Assembly: GCA_038318565.1 (NCBI GenBank)
Contig: JBBQCI010000008.1
Coordinates: 4,243-68,242 of the forward strand
DNA: 64,000 bases
Source: Planctomycetota bacterium
GTDB lineage: Bacteria > Planctomycetota > UBA11346
Direction: 5' to 3'
This document shows positions 1-8,870 of this stretch, in pieces. Position 1 is the stretch's first letter. Every line of letters starts with the position of its first letter. The translations under genes and the position numbers were made by a program. The notes beneath the pieces are model-generated. The model saw only the letters and a program-made list of their open reading frames with translations, had not been told where the DNA came from and did not search any database.

Positions 1-190
1 GGTTCTGGTGCCGCCAGGTCGCGTGGTGGCGCATGCCCTCGGCGTAGGTCCGGTCGAAGGCCTGCTTCAGTTCGGCGATCTCGGCCGGGTTGAAGACGCC
101 GCGCAGGATGCAGTAGCCGCGCTCGCGGAACTCCTCGACGTAGCCGTCCTGGATGAAGGCGGGACGCGGGGCGATGGCGGTGGCAGACAT
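1..190 (-). CDS. Phytanoyl-CoA dioxygenase (PhyH) family protein, 5' part only (runs off the window edge)
   Basis: Manual translation from ATG at 190 with AGGAG upstream: MSATAIAPRPAFIQDGYVEEFRERGYCILRGVFNPAEIAELKQAFD. 'F.E.GY..LRGVF...EI..L' is the typical PhyH N-terminus. Confidence 0.75.
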   Translation of the reverse strand, partial: MSATAIAPRPAFIQDGYVEEFRERGYCILRGVFNPAEIAELKQAFDRTYAEGMRHHATWRHQN

Positions 191-199
191 GGCGGCTCC

Positions 200-910
200 T
201 CAGGTGTTCGGGCGGTTGACGGTGGACAGGGCGACGGCGACAAGCTCGGCGGCGGCGCGCAGCTCTATACGGGCCTCGGCATGGATCTCGGCGAAGCGGC
301 GGCGCGGGCCAGAGATGCCAAGGACGCCGACGACTACCCCGGCAAGATCGCTGACCGCCGCCGCCATCGCGTTGGTCTCGGCGCGCTGGCTTGGGTCCAG
401 CCAGACGAAACGGTCGCGGACGATCGCGGCGTGATCGTCGGCCGGCATTGCCGACGGGTCGGCGAATCCATCGATCAGGGCGGCCAGCAGGGTGCCGCTG
501 GCCGAGCCAGGATAGCGCAGGCGGTTGCCGATCGCGCTTCCCGGATCGCGCTGCTCACCGTCGGGATGAACCGCGGCCAGGACCAGCGCCGACCCGCCAC
601 GATGCGGGATGCTGACAATCGCGTCCAGGCCGGTCGCGACCGCCAAGCGGTGCAGGATGGGTCGGGCGGCCCGGCGCAGCGGATGGTTGGCAAGCAGCGC
701 CTTGCTGACCACCAGCGGCTCCATGCCGATGCGGTAGCGGCGATCCTCGTCCTGTACCGCGTAGCCCTGCTCGACCAGGGTCTGCAGCAGGCGATGGGCG
801 TGGCTCTTCGGTACCCCGAGGCGGGCCGCGAGATCGGTGACGGCGAAGGACTCAGCGGTGGCGCTGAGTAGGTCGAGCAGACGGAGGCCGTTGGCGAGGG
901 TGTTGTTCAT
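200..910 (-). CDS. IclR-family transcriptional regulator
   Basis: N-terminal HTH 'TLANGLRLLDLL...VTDLAARLGVPKSHAHRLLQTLVEQGY...RYRIG' and C-terminal effector domain 'GVLGISGP..RF'. Confidence 0.9.
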   Translation of the reverse strand: MNNTLANGLRLLDLLSATAESFAVTDLAARLGVPKSHAHRLLQTLVEQGYAVQDEDRRYRIGMEPLVVSKALLANHPLRRAARPILHRLAVATGLDAIVSIPHRGGSALVLAAVHPDGEQRDPGSAIGNRLRYPGSASGTLLAALIDGFADPSAMPADDHAAIVRDRFVWLDPSQRAETNAMAAAVSDLAGVVVGVLGISGPRRRFAEIHAEARIELRAAAELVAVALSTVNRPNT

Positions 911-912
911 GT

Positions 913-953
913 GTTCTATATGTTGGAACTATAATAGTTCTAGTATATAGAAC
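913..953. promoter_or_regulatory. Two tandem GTTC-N9-GAAC palindromes, probable IclR autoregulatory operator
   Basis: GTTCTATATGTTGGAAC (913-929) and GTTCTAGTATATAGAAC (937-953), directly upstream of the iclR start in an AT-rich patch. Confidence 0.6.
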
Positions 954-1199
954 GCGCCCTAACAGATCGCGCAAAGGCAAGCTTGTACAACTAGTGTAAG
1001 TTTATATATAATATGATCTTACATGATTACGAAGGAGGCTACACGCGGTTGTAGACATCGTGCACGGGCCTCAAGTGTCCTACTTCAAATTCCGCACGGA
1101 CGCCTGGTACGCACCGCCATGGAGCGACTACTGGTATGGACAGTCCTTCACTGTCCGATTGGGACGCCGCCAGGCTGTTCCTTTCATTTCATCCAACAC

Positions 1200-2084
1200 C
1201 TATCCTACCAACGACGCAACCTGCGCCACATCGGTGGCTATCTGCCGACGCACATCGTCTAATGACGCGAAGCGCTGTTCGGCCCTGATGCGGCCCAGCA
1301 GATCCAGACCGATATCGGATCCATAGCACTCCCCGACAAAACCAATTAGGTGTGCCTCGACGGTCAGCGCACGCGCATCTCCGATGGTTGGTAGCACACC
1401 GATGTTCACTGCAGCTGGCCACGAGCGGCCGTCCAGCCAGGCCCGTGCGGCGTAGACCCCGTTGCCAGGCACCTGGCACCGCGGCAAGCCGAGATTCGCG
1501 GTCGGAAACCCAATCGTACGTCCGCGTCCATCACCACGCTCGACGGTTCCCACCAGCCGATGCGGTCGGCCAAGACAGGCCGAGGCAACTAGCACATCGC
1601 CCTCGGCGAGGGCGGCACGCACCCGGCTGCTGCTCGCCGGCTGTCCACTGACCTGGATCGGATCGACCACGGTGAGGGTCATGCCGCGGGAGAGGCACAG
1701 TGGGGCGAGTTCGGCCACACCTGCCGAACGGCCACGACCACAGCGGAAATCAGCTCCGACCACCAGCGCCGTGGAGTGCCTGGTGCGCACCAGCCAGTCG
1801 ACGAATCCGCCGGCATCCAATCCACGTAGTTCACGGATATCGGCAGCGATCTCGCGAGGATTGCCCGGCCAGTCCGCCAACACCCGGCTCCGATCATCTT
1901 CAGCAATCAGCGGCATCCGCGCTGGCCAGCCGAAAGCTTCGGCCAGACCGGTCAGACGCAGCAGACACGGCGTTCCCAACTGCGCAGCCCGAGCGACCAG
2001 GGCGCGATGGCCAACATGCAGGGCATCGAATTTGCCGACGGCGACCGCTATACCTGCGATACCAGAAGCGCTCTGCTCACTCAT
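1200..2084 (-). CDS. ribF: Bifunctional riboflavin kinase/FAD synthetase
   Basis: Motifs GKFDALHVGH, VVGADFRCG, SSSRVR, GRTIGFPTAN, GVYA, VEAHL. Start taken at ATG 2084, overlapping the upstream gene end. Confidence 0.93.
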   Translation of the reverse strand: MSEQSASGIAGIAVAVGKFDALHVGHRALVARAAQLGTPCLLRLTGLAEAFGWPARMPLIAEDDRSRVLADWPGNPREIAADIRELRGLDAGGFVDWLVRTRHSTALVVGADFRCGRGRSAGVAELAPLCLSRGMTLTVVDPIQVSGQPASSSRVRAALAEGDVLVASACLGRPHRLVGTVERGDGRGRTIGFPTANLGLPRCQVPGNGVYAARAWLDGRSWPAAVNIGVLPTIGDARALTVEAHLIGFVGECYGSDIGLDLLGRIRAEQRFASLDDVRRQIATDVAQVASLVG

Positions 2085-3165
2085 CGAGCCAGCGAATGCG
2101 TCCGTCAAAACCAGCGGTGCGCTTCCATCCGGAAGTCGCCAGGAGCGTGCGCGCCTCGTCCCAATGTCGGGCCATGATGGCGTCGGCGGCCTGCCGACCG
2201 CTGGCCGAGTCAGGAGCGAGCATGAGCGCAAGATCGGCTGCCTTGCGACGGATGCGGCCTTCGGAACGACCGAGTACCTCGCCGGTCGAATTGCGTGCCC
2301 GGCGGTCGCCTTCGTTCAATGCTGGGGCATCCATCCAGTTCTGGACCCGCTGCCATTCCTCGCCCGAGGCGATCCAGGCCCGAACGGCATCAAGATGATC
2401 ACCACGATTGCGCAACCGGTTGCCGTCGGCGTCCAAAGTATGCGCCGCCATGCGCCGCACGAAGGCAGGTGGACGGCCGCGCTTGGCCCGTTCGTCGGCC
2501 TCGCCAAGAGCGATGCTGGCGGCATACAAGCGATGAGCGATGGCGAAGTTCGAGTTGCCGGGTCCACTCGGCAGATCGGCAGCGCGCTGGGTGTCACCAG
2601 TGCGCTCACGGACCTGGGCGAGCAGCGGGTTGATCACCACCGACCAGTCCTGGGCCTCGATCCGGCTGTGGAACAGGTCGCCCTTGTGATGGAACATCCA
2701 GGCGAGGTGGCGCATCAGGCGCTCGACCCCGGGATTGCGATCAACCCCGCGCGCATTGGCGCGAACCCCGGCAACAAACCAGCTATAGCGCTGATCCGGG
2801 CCATCGGCCTCGAATGAGATGTTGTAGGCGAGATCATGCGCCAGGTGCTGCCAGACATCGGCGAAACGCGGCTGTACCTGGGTGATAGCTTCGGCCAAGG
2901 CGACCGATTCATAGAACCGGCCGGCTTCTTTCGCTGAGACCGCGCGTAACCAGAGCAGATCGCAGGCCAGCCCGCGGAATCCGCCAAGCATCAGCGTGCC
3001 AGCGAACTCGCCCGGCGGCAGGCCACCCAGACCGGCGACGTCTCGCTTTGGTGCGGCCAGCGTCGAGAGGGTCTGAGCGGCGACGAGCAACACCGCAGCC
3101 AACACCAACAGGCGCCAGGGCCGACCAGACGATTTGTTGATGGGACGATCGGATGACAGGCTCAC
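2077..3165 (-). CDS. Membrane-anchored helical protein of the PilG-like/'IRE'-annotated family found next to ABC exporters
   Basis: N-terminal TM, then 'LGGFRGLACDLLWLRA...QPRFADVW..LAHDLAYNIS'. GTGA overlap with the permease stop. Confidence 0.55.
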   Translation of the reverse strand: MSLSSDRPINKSSGRPWRLLVLAAVLLVAAQTLSTLAAPKRDVAGLGGLPPGEFAGTLMLGGFRGLACDLLWLRAVSAKEAGRFYESVALAEAITQVQPRFADVWQHLAHDLAYNISFEADGPDQRYSWFVAGVRANARGVDRNPGVERLMRHLAWMFHHKGDLFHSRIEAQDWSVVINPLLAQVRERTGDTQRAADLPSGPGNSNFAIAHRLYAASIALGEADERAKRGRPPAFVRRMAAHTLDADGNRLRNRGDHLDAVRAWIASGEEWQRVQNWMDAPALNEGDRRARNSTGEVLGRSEGRIRRKAADLALMLAPDSASGRQAADAIMARHWDEARTLLATSGWKRTAGFDGRIRWLDE

Positions 3166-4445
3166 AGCTGCCTCCTGCTCAACGCCCACCAGCCCAGCGC
3201 CAGCAGCACGACCAGATGCGGCGCAACGCCGAGCCAGGCGTGGCCGACCTGCGACCATCCAACCGCCTCGCTGGCCGCCAATCGTATCCCCTGACCAGTC
3301 GCTGCGAGGTCGGGCAGCCCTTGCAACATCAGTCCCAACAGTCGGGACAGGGCGCGGCCGGAATCACCCCAGGTCAGCGTCTCCTGCACAGCCCACAGGG
3401 CATGGCCCGCGAATGCCAAGGTCAGAGCGGCCAGCAAAGCGACTGGCAAGGTTGCGATCGATGCCACCAGCAGTGCAGCCGCGGCGATGACGGCCGGAGC
3501 AGCCAATTCGGCCAGCACAGCGCGGGCAGCATGCATTGGCTGCGACCCGGCTGGCACGGCAACGACGCAGCTGCCGGTCTGGATCTGGACGGTGGTCGCT
3601 GGATCCAGTCGAGTGAGCTGGATGACTAGGCGACCGTCGGCCGTGATGGTACCTTCAGGCAGGACCAGACGCGCCCAGTCGGCAGCCAGGCTGCGGCGGT
3701 CGGCGTTGCGGTCGGCCAACCAGCAGTTGGCACCCGGCATGGCGCTGTCCGGCGGCTGACGGCCATACGGGCTGGCCGGATCAAGGCTGAGCGGGACGAC
3801 AGCGCCGTCTGAACCCAGCGCCACCACGCGCACTGGAGCGCTCTCTACGATGCCCCCGCCAGCCGAGCCGACTCGGCCCTGGACCAGCAGCTCGTAACCG
3901 CGCGCCGCCGGATCAAGACCGCTGAAGCTCCAGCGCACGCCATCACCGGCCGGCCCGGCCAAACGGGTCGCACCCTGTGGCACAGCTACCGCTTCACCCA
4001 GTCCGGTGACACGTTCAAATTCACCGGAGGCCTTGGTGGTGCGCATCTCGGGCACGCCGCCCGCCCGCCAGGCCACTGCCAGTGATCCGGCAGCGGCAAT
4101 GAACAGTCCGGCCGCACCAGCCAGCAGCACGGCACCGGCCCAACGACCCAGCAGCCAACCAACGCGCGGCAGCGGCTTGGGAAACGCGGTAAGGGCAATG
4201 CGGCTTTCGAGATCGCGGGTCAACTGGGCTGCCGGCACCAGGGCGGCCATGAGAATGCCGCAGAATCCGGCGGCGGCACTGGATGCGGCGGCAAGCAGGC
4301 GGACTGCGCCGCCTGGATCGGCAGCGCTGACGCCAGGCGCCAGGACGGCAATCAGCAGGGCTCCGGCCACCGGCACCAGCCACAGCCGACCGCGCCACGC
4401 TTCCCGCCAGCTGAGTGCCGCAACGGCCAGCGTACCAGCGATCAT
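3162..4445 (-). CDS. ABC-2 type exporter permease with a large extracytoplasmic insertion (PilI-like)
   Basis: 'SWREAWR', 'RDLESRIALTAFPKPLPR..WLLGRWAG', multiple TMs, ends 'LSRRQL'. Confidence 0.75.
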   Translation of the reverse strand: MIAGTLAVAALSWREAWRGRLWLVPVAGALLIAVLAPGVSAADPGGAVRLLAAASSAAAGFCGILMAALVPAAQLTRDLESRIALTAFPKPLPRVGWLLGRWAGAVLLAGAAGLFIAAAGSLAVAWRAGGVPEMRTTKASGEFERVTGLGEAVAVPQGATRLAGPAGDGVRWSFSGLDPAARGYELLVQGRVGSAGGGIVESAPVRVVALGSDGAVVPLSLDPASPYGRQPPDSAMPGANCWLADRNADRRSLAADWARLVLPEGTITADGRLVIQLTRLDPATTVQIQTGSCVVAVPAGSQPMHAARAVLAELAAPAVIAAAALLVASIATLPVALLAALTLAFAGHALWAVQETLTWGDSGRALSRLLGLMLQGLPDLAATGQGIRLAASEAVGWSQVGHAWLGVAPHLVVLLALGWWALSRRQL

Positions 4446-5296
4446 CGCGCGCCGTCTCCATTGTTCTTCGCAACGATACGACGGAAGCGCTGCTCAAGGC
4501 GTTCGCGCGGCGGGGCGACGCCGATGAGGCTGGCGCCAGCAGCGGCTTTCACTGCCGCGATGGTCGCGGCATCGGGCGATTGCAACTCGACCATCAGTCG
4601 CTGGTCATCGGCGAGCAGATCGTGGACACGTCCCTGCTCGGCTAGCCGGCCGCGATGCAGGATGGCGATCCGATCACAGACATCTTCAACGTCGGCAAGT
4701 AGATGGCTGGACAGCAGGACGGTCTTGCCGGACTGCTTCAGCGCGATGATCAGGTCTTTGACCTCGGCCGAACCGACCGGATCGAGACCACTCGTCGGCT
4801 CATCGAGGATGACGAGTTCGGGATCATTGATCAGCGCCTGCGCCAAGCCAAGTCGGCGGGCCATGCCCTTCGAATACTCACCTAGCCGTCGACCACGGGC
4901 GTGACCCAGACCGACCTGGTTCAGCAGGCGATCACTGCGCTTGGCGATCTCTGCCGCCGGCAAGCCGAACAGCCGGCCGATGAATGTCATGGTCTCGTCG
5001 GCGGTCAGGAACTTCCACAGATAGGTCTCTTCGGGCAGATAGCCGACCCGCGCACGCACCGCCAGATCACCGGGATCGCGACCAAGGACGAAGGCATCGC
5101 CCCGCGACGGACGGATCAGACCGAGCAGCAGCTTGATAGTGGTCGTTTTGCCCGAGCCGTTGGGGCCGAGGAGGCCAAACACCTCGCCCTTGGCGATGGT
5201 CAGATCCAGCCCCTCCAGGGCTGAAACCCGGGGGCGACCCCAGAAATCGGCATAGACCTTGGCCAAGCCGGTGGTGCGAACGACCTCGTCAGACAT
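4442..5296 (-). CDS. ABC transporter ATP-binding protein (PilH-like)
   Basis: Walker A GPNGSGKTT, signature YSKGM, Walker B ILDEPTSGLDP, SSH loop. Confidence 0.92.
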   Translation of the reverse strand: MSDEVVRTTGLAKVYADFWGRPRVSALEGLDLTIAKGEVFGLLGPNGSGKTTTIKLLLGLIRPSRGDAFVLGRDPGDLAVRARVGYLPEETYLWKFLTADETMTFIGRLFGLPAAEIAKRSDRLLNQVGLGHARGRRLGEYSKGMARRLGLAQALINDPELVILDEPTSGLDPVGSAEVKDLIIALKQSGKTVLLSSHLLADVEDVCDRIAILHRGRLAEQGRVHDLLADDQRLMVELQSPDAATIAAVKAAAGASLIGVAPPRERLEQRFRRIVAKNNGDGAR

Positions 5297-5425
5297 GTGT
5301 GAGGTCTTATGGGTTCCGACAGCCAGCGAAAGGGGTTGGACACCCGGCTTCGGCGTCTGACTCGCCTGCCCGCCACCCCATGCTTGGGCCTTGGCCCGCG
5401 CTTGCATGCGGGTGGGATCCTTTCC

Positions 5426-5956
5426 ATGCCCAGCCTGGCGTCGTCCCTGCTGCCTCTAGCCGTCATCGCTCTGGTCCTCTCGGGCTGCGATCCGGCAGTG
5501 GAAGCCCGTTATCAGCCGACCTCGGTTGACGAAGTGTTCGGCCCCTTTTCCCAGGTGCATGGCGTGGACGCCGAAGTCCATCAGCTGCCTAGCCAACCTC
5601 CCGCCATCGACGTAGCGGACCTATCGTACCGTCCCTGCCGCCCCCCAGGCGTGGTGCTGAAGCCGACCGACCTAGTCGGCTTGCGCGAGACACCGTCGTA
5701 CGACCGCCACAACGAACCGACTCTGCTGGTCGCCAGCTACGGACCACCATTGCCGTCGCCGCCTCCCGGACCCGCCTATCGCATCTCCAGCTGGAACCAG
5801 CATCAGGAAATCGGCGCCAAGGAACCGATCAAGGGCCCGGCCTATCTCCCGACACTTGAAGCTGGACGATCGATCTATCGCAATGAACCGGCGCTCTACG
5901 GCACCTATCGCCGCGATGTCTACGCCTGGTGCGATGACGCGGCTAATCTACGCTGA
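5426..5956 (+). CDS. Hypothetical Pro-rich lipoprotein
   Basis: Signal peptide with lipobox 'LAVIALVLSGC'. No recognisable domain. Confidence 0.6.
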   Translation: MPSLASSLLPLAVIALVLSGCDPAVEARYQPTSVDEVFGPFSQVHGVDAEVHQLPSQPPAIDVADLSYRPCRPPGVVLKPTDLVGLRETPSYDRHNEPTLLVASYGPPLPSPPPGPAYRISSWNQHQEIGAKEPIKGPAYLPTLEAGRSIYRNEPALYGTYRRDVYAWCDDAANLR

Positions 5957-6000
5957 GGTGATTCCGTTTTTTCGGCTGAAGTCCGTCCTAGGCTGAGACC

Positions 6001-7437
6001 ATGCTCAGCCCTGTCCTTGCCCGGTTGATTGCCGCCATTGCTATCACGACGTTATGCGTCTCGGGCTTGTTCAGCCTCGACGACGCGGGCCGCGACAAAG
6101 CTCGAGCCGAATTGCGCCAACTGGCGTCGGAAAGCCAGCGCCTGTCACGCTGTTTCAACCTCGTGCACGAGATCGTCGGACCCAGCGTCGTGTCGATCCT
6201 GACCAAGGAACGTCAGGTGATCATGACCTGGGGAGGTCGGTCGGTTCGCGAGGTCGATGCCGGTGAAGGATCCGGCATCGTCGTCGCCAGCGATGCCGAA
6301 CAGACTTGGATCCTGACGAATTCACACGTCGTCCTGCAAAGCGACGGCCAGAACGGATTCCAAAAGCGACGCGATGGCAGCTGGGCAGGATATGATCGCC
6401 TACGCGTGGTGCTGCACGACAACCGCGAGGCCGACGCCAGTTATGTCGGCATCGACGTCCAATCCGACCTGGCGCTGATCCGCATTCCGATCGGTGGACT
6501 GCCGGCGATCGAATGGGCCGACTCCGAACAGGTCCACGTCGGCGACTGGGTGGTCGCCCTCGGCTACCCCCTGGGCGTCGGCTACAGCGCCTCGGCCGGC
6601 ATCGTCAGCGCCACCGACCGCTCGACCGGAATCTACGAAGCGGTCGGTGGTTTCGAATCCTTCATCCAGACCGACACGGCAATCAACCCAGGCAACAGTG
6701 GCGGTCCGTTGGTTGATCTCCAAGGACGTATCGTCGGGGTGAATTCGAACATCGTCTCGCGGACCGGATCGAACATCGGCCTAGGCTTCGCCATCCCCTC
6801 TGCCATCGCCCGACGGGTGGCCGAGGACCTGCGTGCCACCGGGCAGGTCCGCCGTGGCGCCCTCGGCGTGCGCCTTGAGGAGATCGACGCCAACGCCGCG
6901 CGTGCCCTTGGCCTGCCTCCGGCCCAGACCGTTCGTGTGGCCGGCATCGATCCGCTCACCCCGGCCGAGCAGGCCGGCGTCCGCCAAGGCGACGTGCTGC
7001 TAACCGTCGGCACCACTCCGATCGCCAGTATTCAACAGTTTCGCAGCCGGATTGCGGCCCATCGACCAGGCGACCAGGTGACGCTTGGCCTATGGCGCGG
7101 CGGCACCCGTTTAAGCCTGCAGGTGCGCGTCGCTGATCGCGCCGAGATCGATCGCGCCCTGGCCAAGGCGGCAGAGGCCTTGATCACCCGGGCGATCCCC
7201 TTGCCCAACCTGGGCTGCCGGGTCCATCCAGATGCCCAGGGATTGATCATCGTCCAAGTTGAAACCGGAGGGCTGTCCGCCGACGGTGGGATCTCGCCCG
7301 GCGACCGCATTCTGGCCGAACGTGGTCTGGGCAAGCTGACGACCGCGGACGATGCCGCCAAACTCGCTGCGCTGCGCGAAGGCGTGATCCAGGTGCAGTC
7401 GGGTCGGCACGCCGTGTGGCTACGCTTCCGGGGATAA
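6001..7437 (+). CDS. HtrA/DegP-family serine protease with PDZ domains
   Basis: Catalytic triad motifs LTNSHVV, SDLALI, IQTDTAINPGNSGGPL; one clear and one degenerate PDZ; N-terminal hydrophobic anchor. Confidence 0.93.
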   Translation: MLSPVLARLIAAIAITTLCVSGLFSLDDAGRDKARAELRQLASESQRLSRCFNLVHEIVGPSVVSILTKERQVIMTWGGRSVREVDAGEGSGIVVASDAEQTWILTNSHVVLQSDGQNGFQKRRDGSWAGYDRLRVVLHDNREADASYVGIDVQSDLALIRIPIGGLPAIEWADSEQVHVGDWVVALGYPLGVGYSASAGIVSATDRSTGIYEAVGGFESFIQTDTAINPGNSGGPLVDLQGRIVGVNSNIVSRTGSNIGLGFAIPSAIARRVAEDLRATGQVRRGALGVRLEEIDANAARALGLPPAQTVRVAGIDPLTPAEQAGVRQGDVLLTVGTTPIASIQQFRSRIAAHRPGDQVTLGLWRGGTRLSLQVRVADRAEIDRALAKAAEALITRAIPLPNLGCRVHPDAQGLIIVQVETGGLSADGGISPGDRILAERGLGKLTTADDAAKLAALREGVIQVQSGRHAVWLRFRG

Positions 7438-7445
7438 CCCCGGGA

Positions 7446-8867
7446 TTACACCGCGACGGTCACTACGATCCGGGCCGCCTGCGGACCGCTGCAGCCACCC
7501 ACCGTGGCTGTCTCGCGGCTGAAACGGACATCGCCCATCGCTTCACGCAGGACGCCTGAGACGCTGCCGCCGCGTACGGCACGACGACTGCCATCCGGCG
7601 CGTGCCACCAAGCAAAGCGGATCTCGCCAGAGAATGCACCCGTGTCATGACGCGGATGGAAATCGCTGAAGCGCACCACTTCCAGAGCGCCCTTGCGAAG
7701 GTCCACCAATGGAGTCGACCCGGCCGGTGCAACCAGGGTGGCCAGTTGTCCACGCGGCACCCGACCAAGCACCTGCATCCACCGACCGCTGCCGTGCAGG
7801 GCTGCGAGCACGCCGTCCTGCACCAGGTCCTGGCGTGCGGCGGCGTAGCCATGCTCATCGAAGCGATACGCCGCCAAGCTGGGCACCGTCGCATCGCTGG
7901 TGAGTACCAGCGGGTCACCACCACGGCGTTCGACCACCGGGGCGTCCAAGACCAAAGCGGCGATCTTGCGGGCATGCAAACCTGCATCCGCGTGGCTGGC
8001 GTACCACGACAACAGGCCTGCAAGGTAATCGCCGCTGATCACAACCGGCAGCTTGCCAACCGGTGGTACACCGGCGCCAGCGCCGTCGCGCAGGCAGGCG
8101 GCGGCATCGGCAACCCGCCTGCTAAGGTGCAGATCAGTCAGGCTCTGCGCCTCGACCTGGTCATAGAATTCCTGCTCGTCATCCGCTCCATCCGGCCGGT
8201 GCAGCAGGACGAATTCGGCATAGCAGCGCGTACGACGCTCGGACAGGTCGAGGCCACGATAGTTGACCAACCGGCGGTCTTCGATGCGCACGAACAGTTC
8301 CAGCGCGCTGGGCCTGGTCCACGGCGCCGCGCGAACCGCGTCGGTAAACGTGGCAACGGCGCCATCGAGCGCCTTACCGGGATCACGCGTCACCACCTGA
8401 TCGGCGAGGAAGTCGCTGGCGGTGGCCATCTGCGCCCCAGCGGCGGCGCCACCCGCGACCTCGCATGCCACTACTCCGCCACGCCAGGATGCCGCAGAAC
8501 CCGGATCGCCCGGTCCAGGCAGTTTCCAAGCCGGATTCGGTGCGGCAGCCGCCGAGGTTTCCGCCTCGACCAGCAGCTTACGCAGATCCGGCCCACCATG
8601 CGCAGGGGTGACGGTGAACGACGCTTCGCCCTGCTTGCCATCAGACGCCGGTAGCGCCAACCAGACCTGCCAACGCACCGAAGTTGCTTCGCGTTCCGAC
8701 TCGGACTTGAGGAAGGTCAGGTAGCGCTCGTGACGACGCGAGCGCAGTTCGGTGATCTGCCATTGAGCCAGTTCGTGGCGGGCAGAAAGGACGTTCTGGA
8801 TGAGTCGGAGATCCATGTCAGCGCGTTCCGTGACATCCGAAGCTGCGGACGAACGGTCGAGCGACAC
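7446..8867 (-). CDS. PmbA/TldE-like metalloprotease subunit
   Basis: 'FDEHG...QDLVQDGVL', 'TGAFSGE', 'GGSVSG'. Directly downstream of the TldD gene. Alternative start at 8816. Confidence 0.75.
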   Translation of the reverse strand: MSLDRSSAASDVTERADMDLRLIQNVLSARHELAQWQITELRSRRHERYLTFLKSESEREATSVRWQVWLALPASDGKQGEASFTVTPAHGGPDLRKLLVEAETSAAAAPNPAWKLPGPGDPGSAASWRGGVVACEVAGGAAAGAQMATASDFLADQVVTRDPGKALDGAVATFTDAVRAAPWTRPSALELFVRIEDRRLVNYRGLDLSERRTRCYAEFVLLHRPDGADDEQEFYDQVEAQSLTDLHLSRRVADAAACLRDGAGAGVPPVGKLPVVISGDYLAGLLSWYASHADAGLHARKIAALVLDAPVVERRGGDPLVLTSDATVPSLAAYRFDEHGYAAARQDLVQDGVLAALHGSGRWMQVLGRVPRGQLATLVAPAGSTPLVDLRKGALEVVRFSDFHPRHDTGAFSGEIRFAWWHAPDGSRRAVRGGSVSGVLREAMGDVRFSRETATVGGCSGPQAARIVVTVAV

Positions 8868-8870
8868 TAT

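Noticed and set aside
995-1030. dif/Xer recombination site
   Set aside because: AT-rich with TAA..TTA arms, but the spacer is 7 bp and the match to the XerD arm TTATGTTAAAT is poor.
1060-1326. Small aromatic-rich ORF (YFKFRTDAWYAPPWSDYWYGQSF)
   Set aside because: Could be a gene relic, but it overlaps the ribF 3' end, has no well-placed RBS and no recognisable family.
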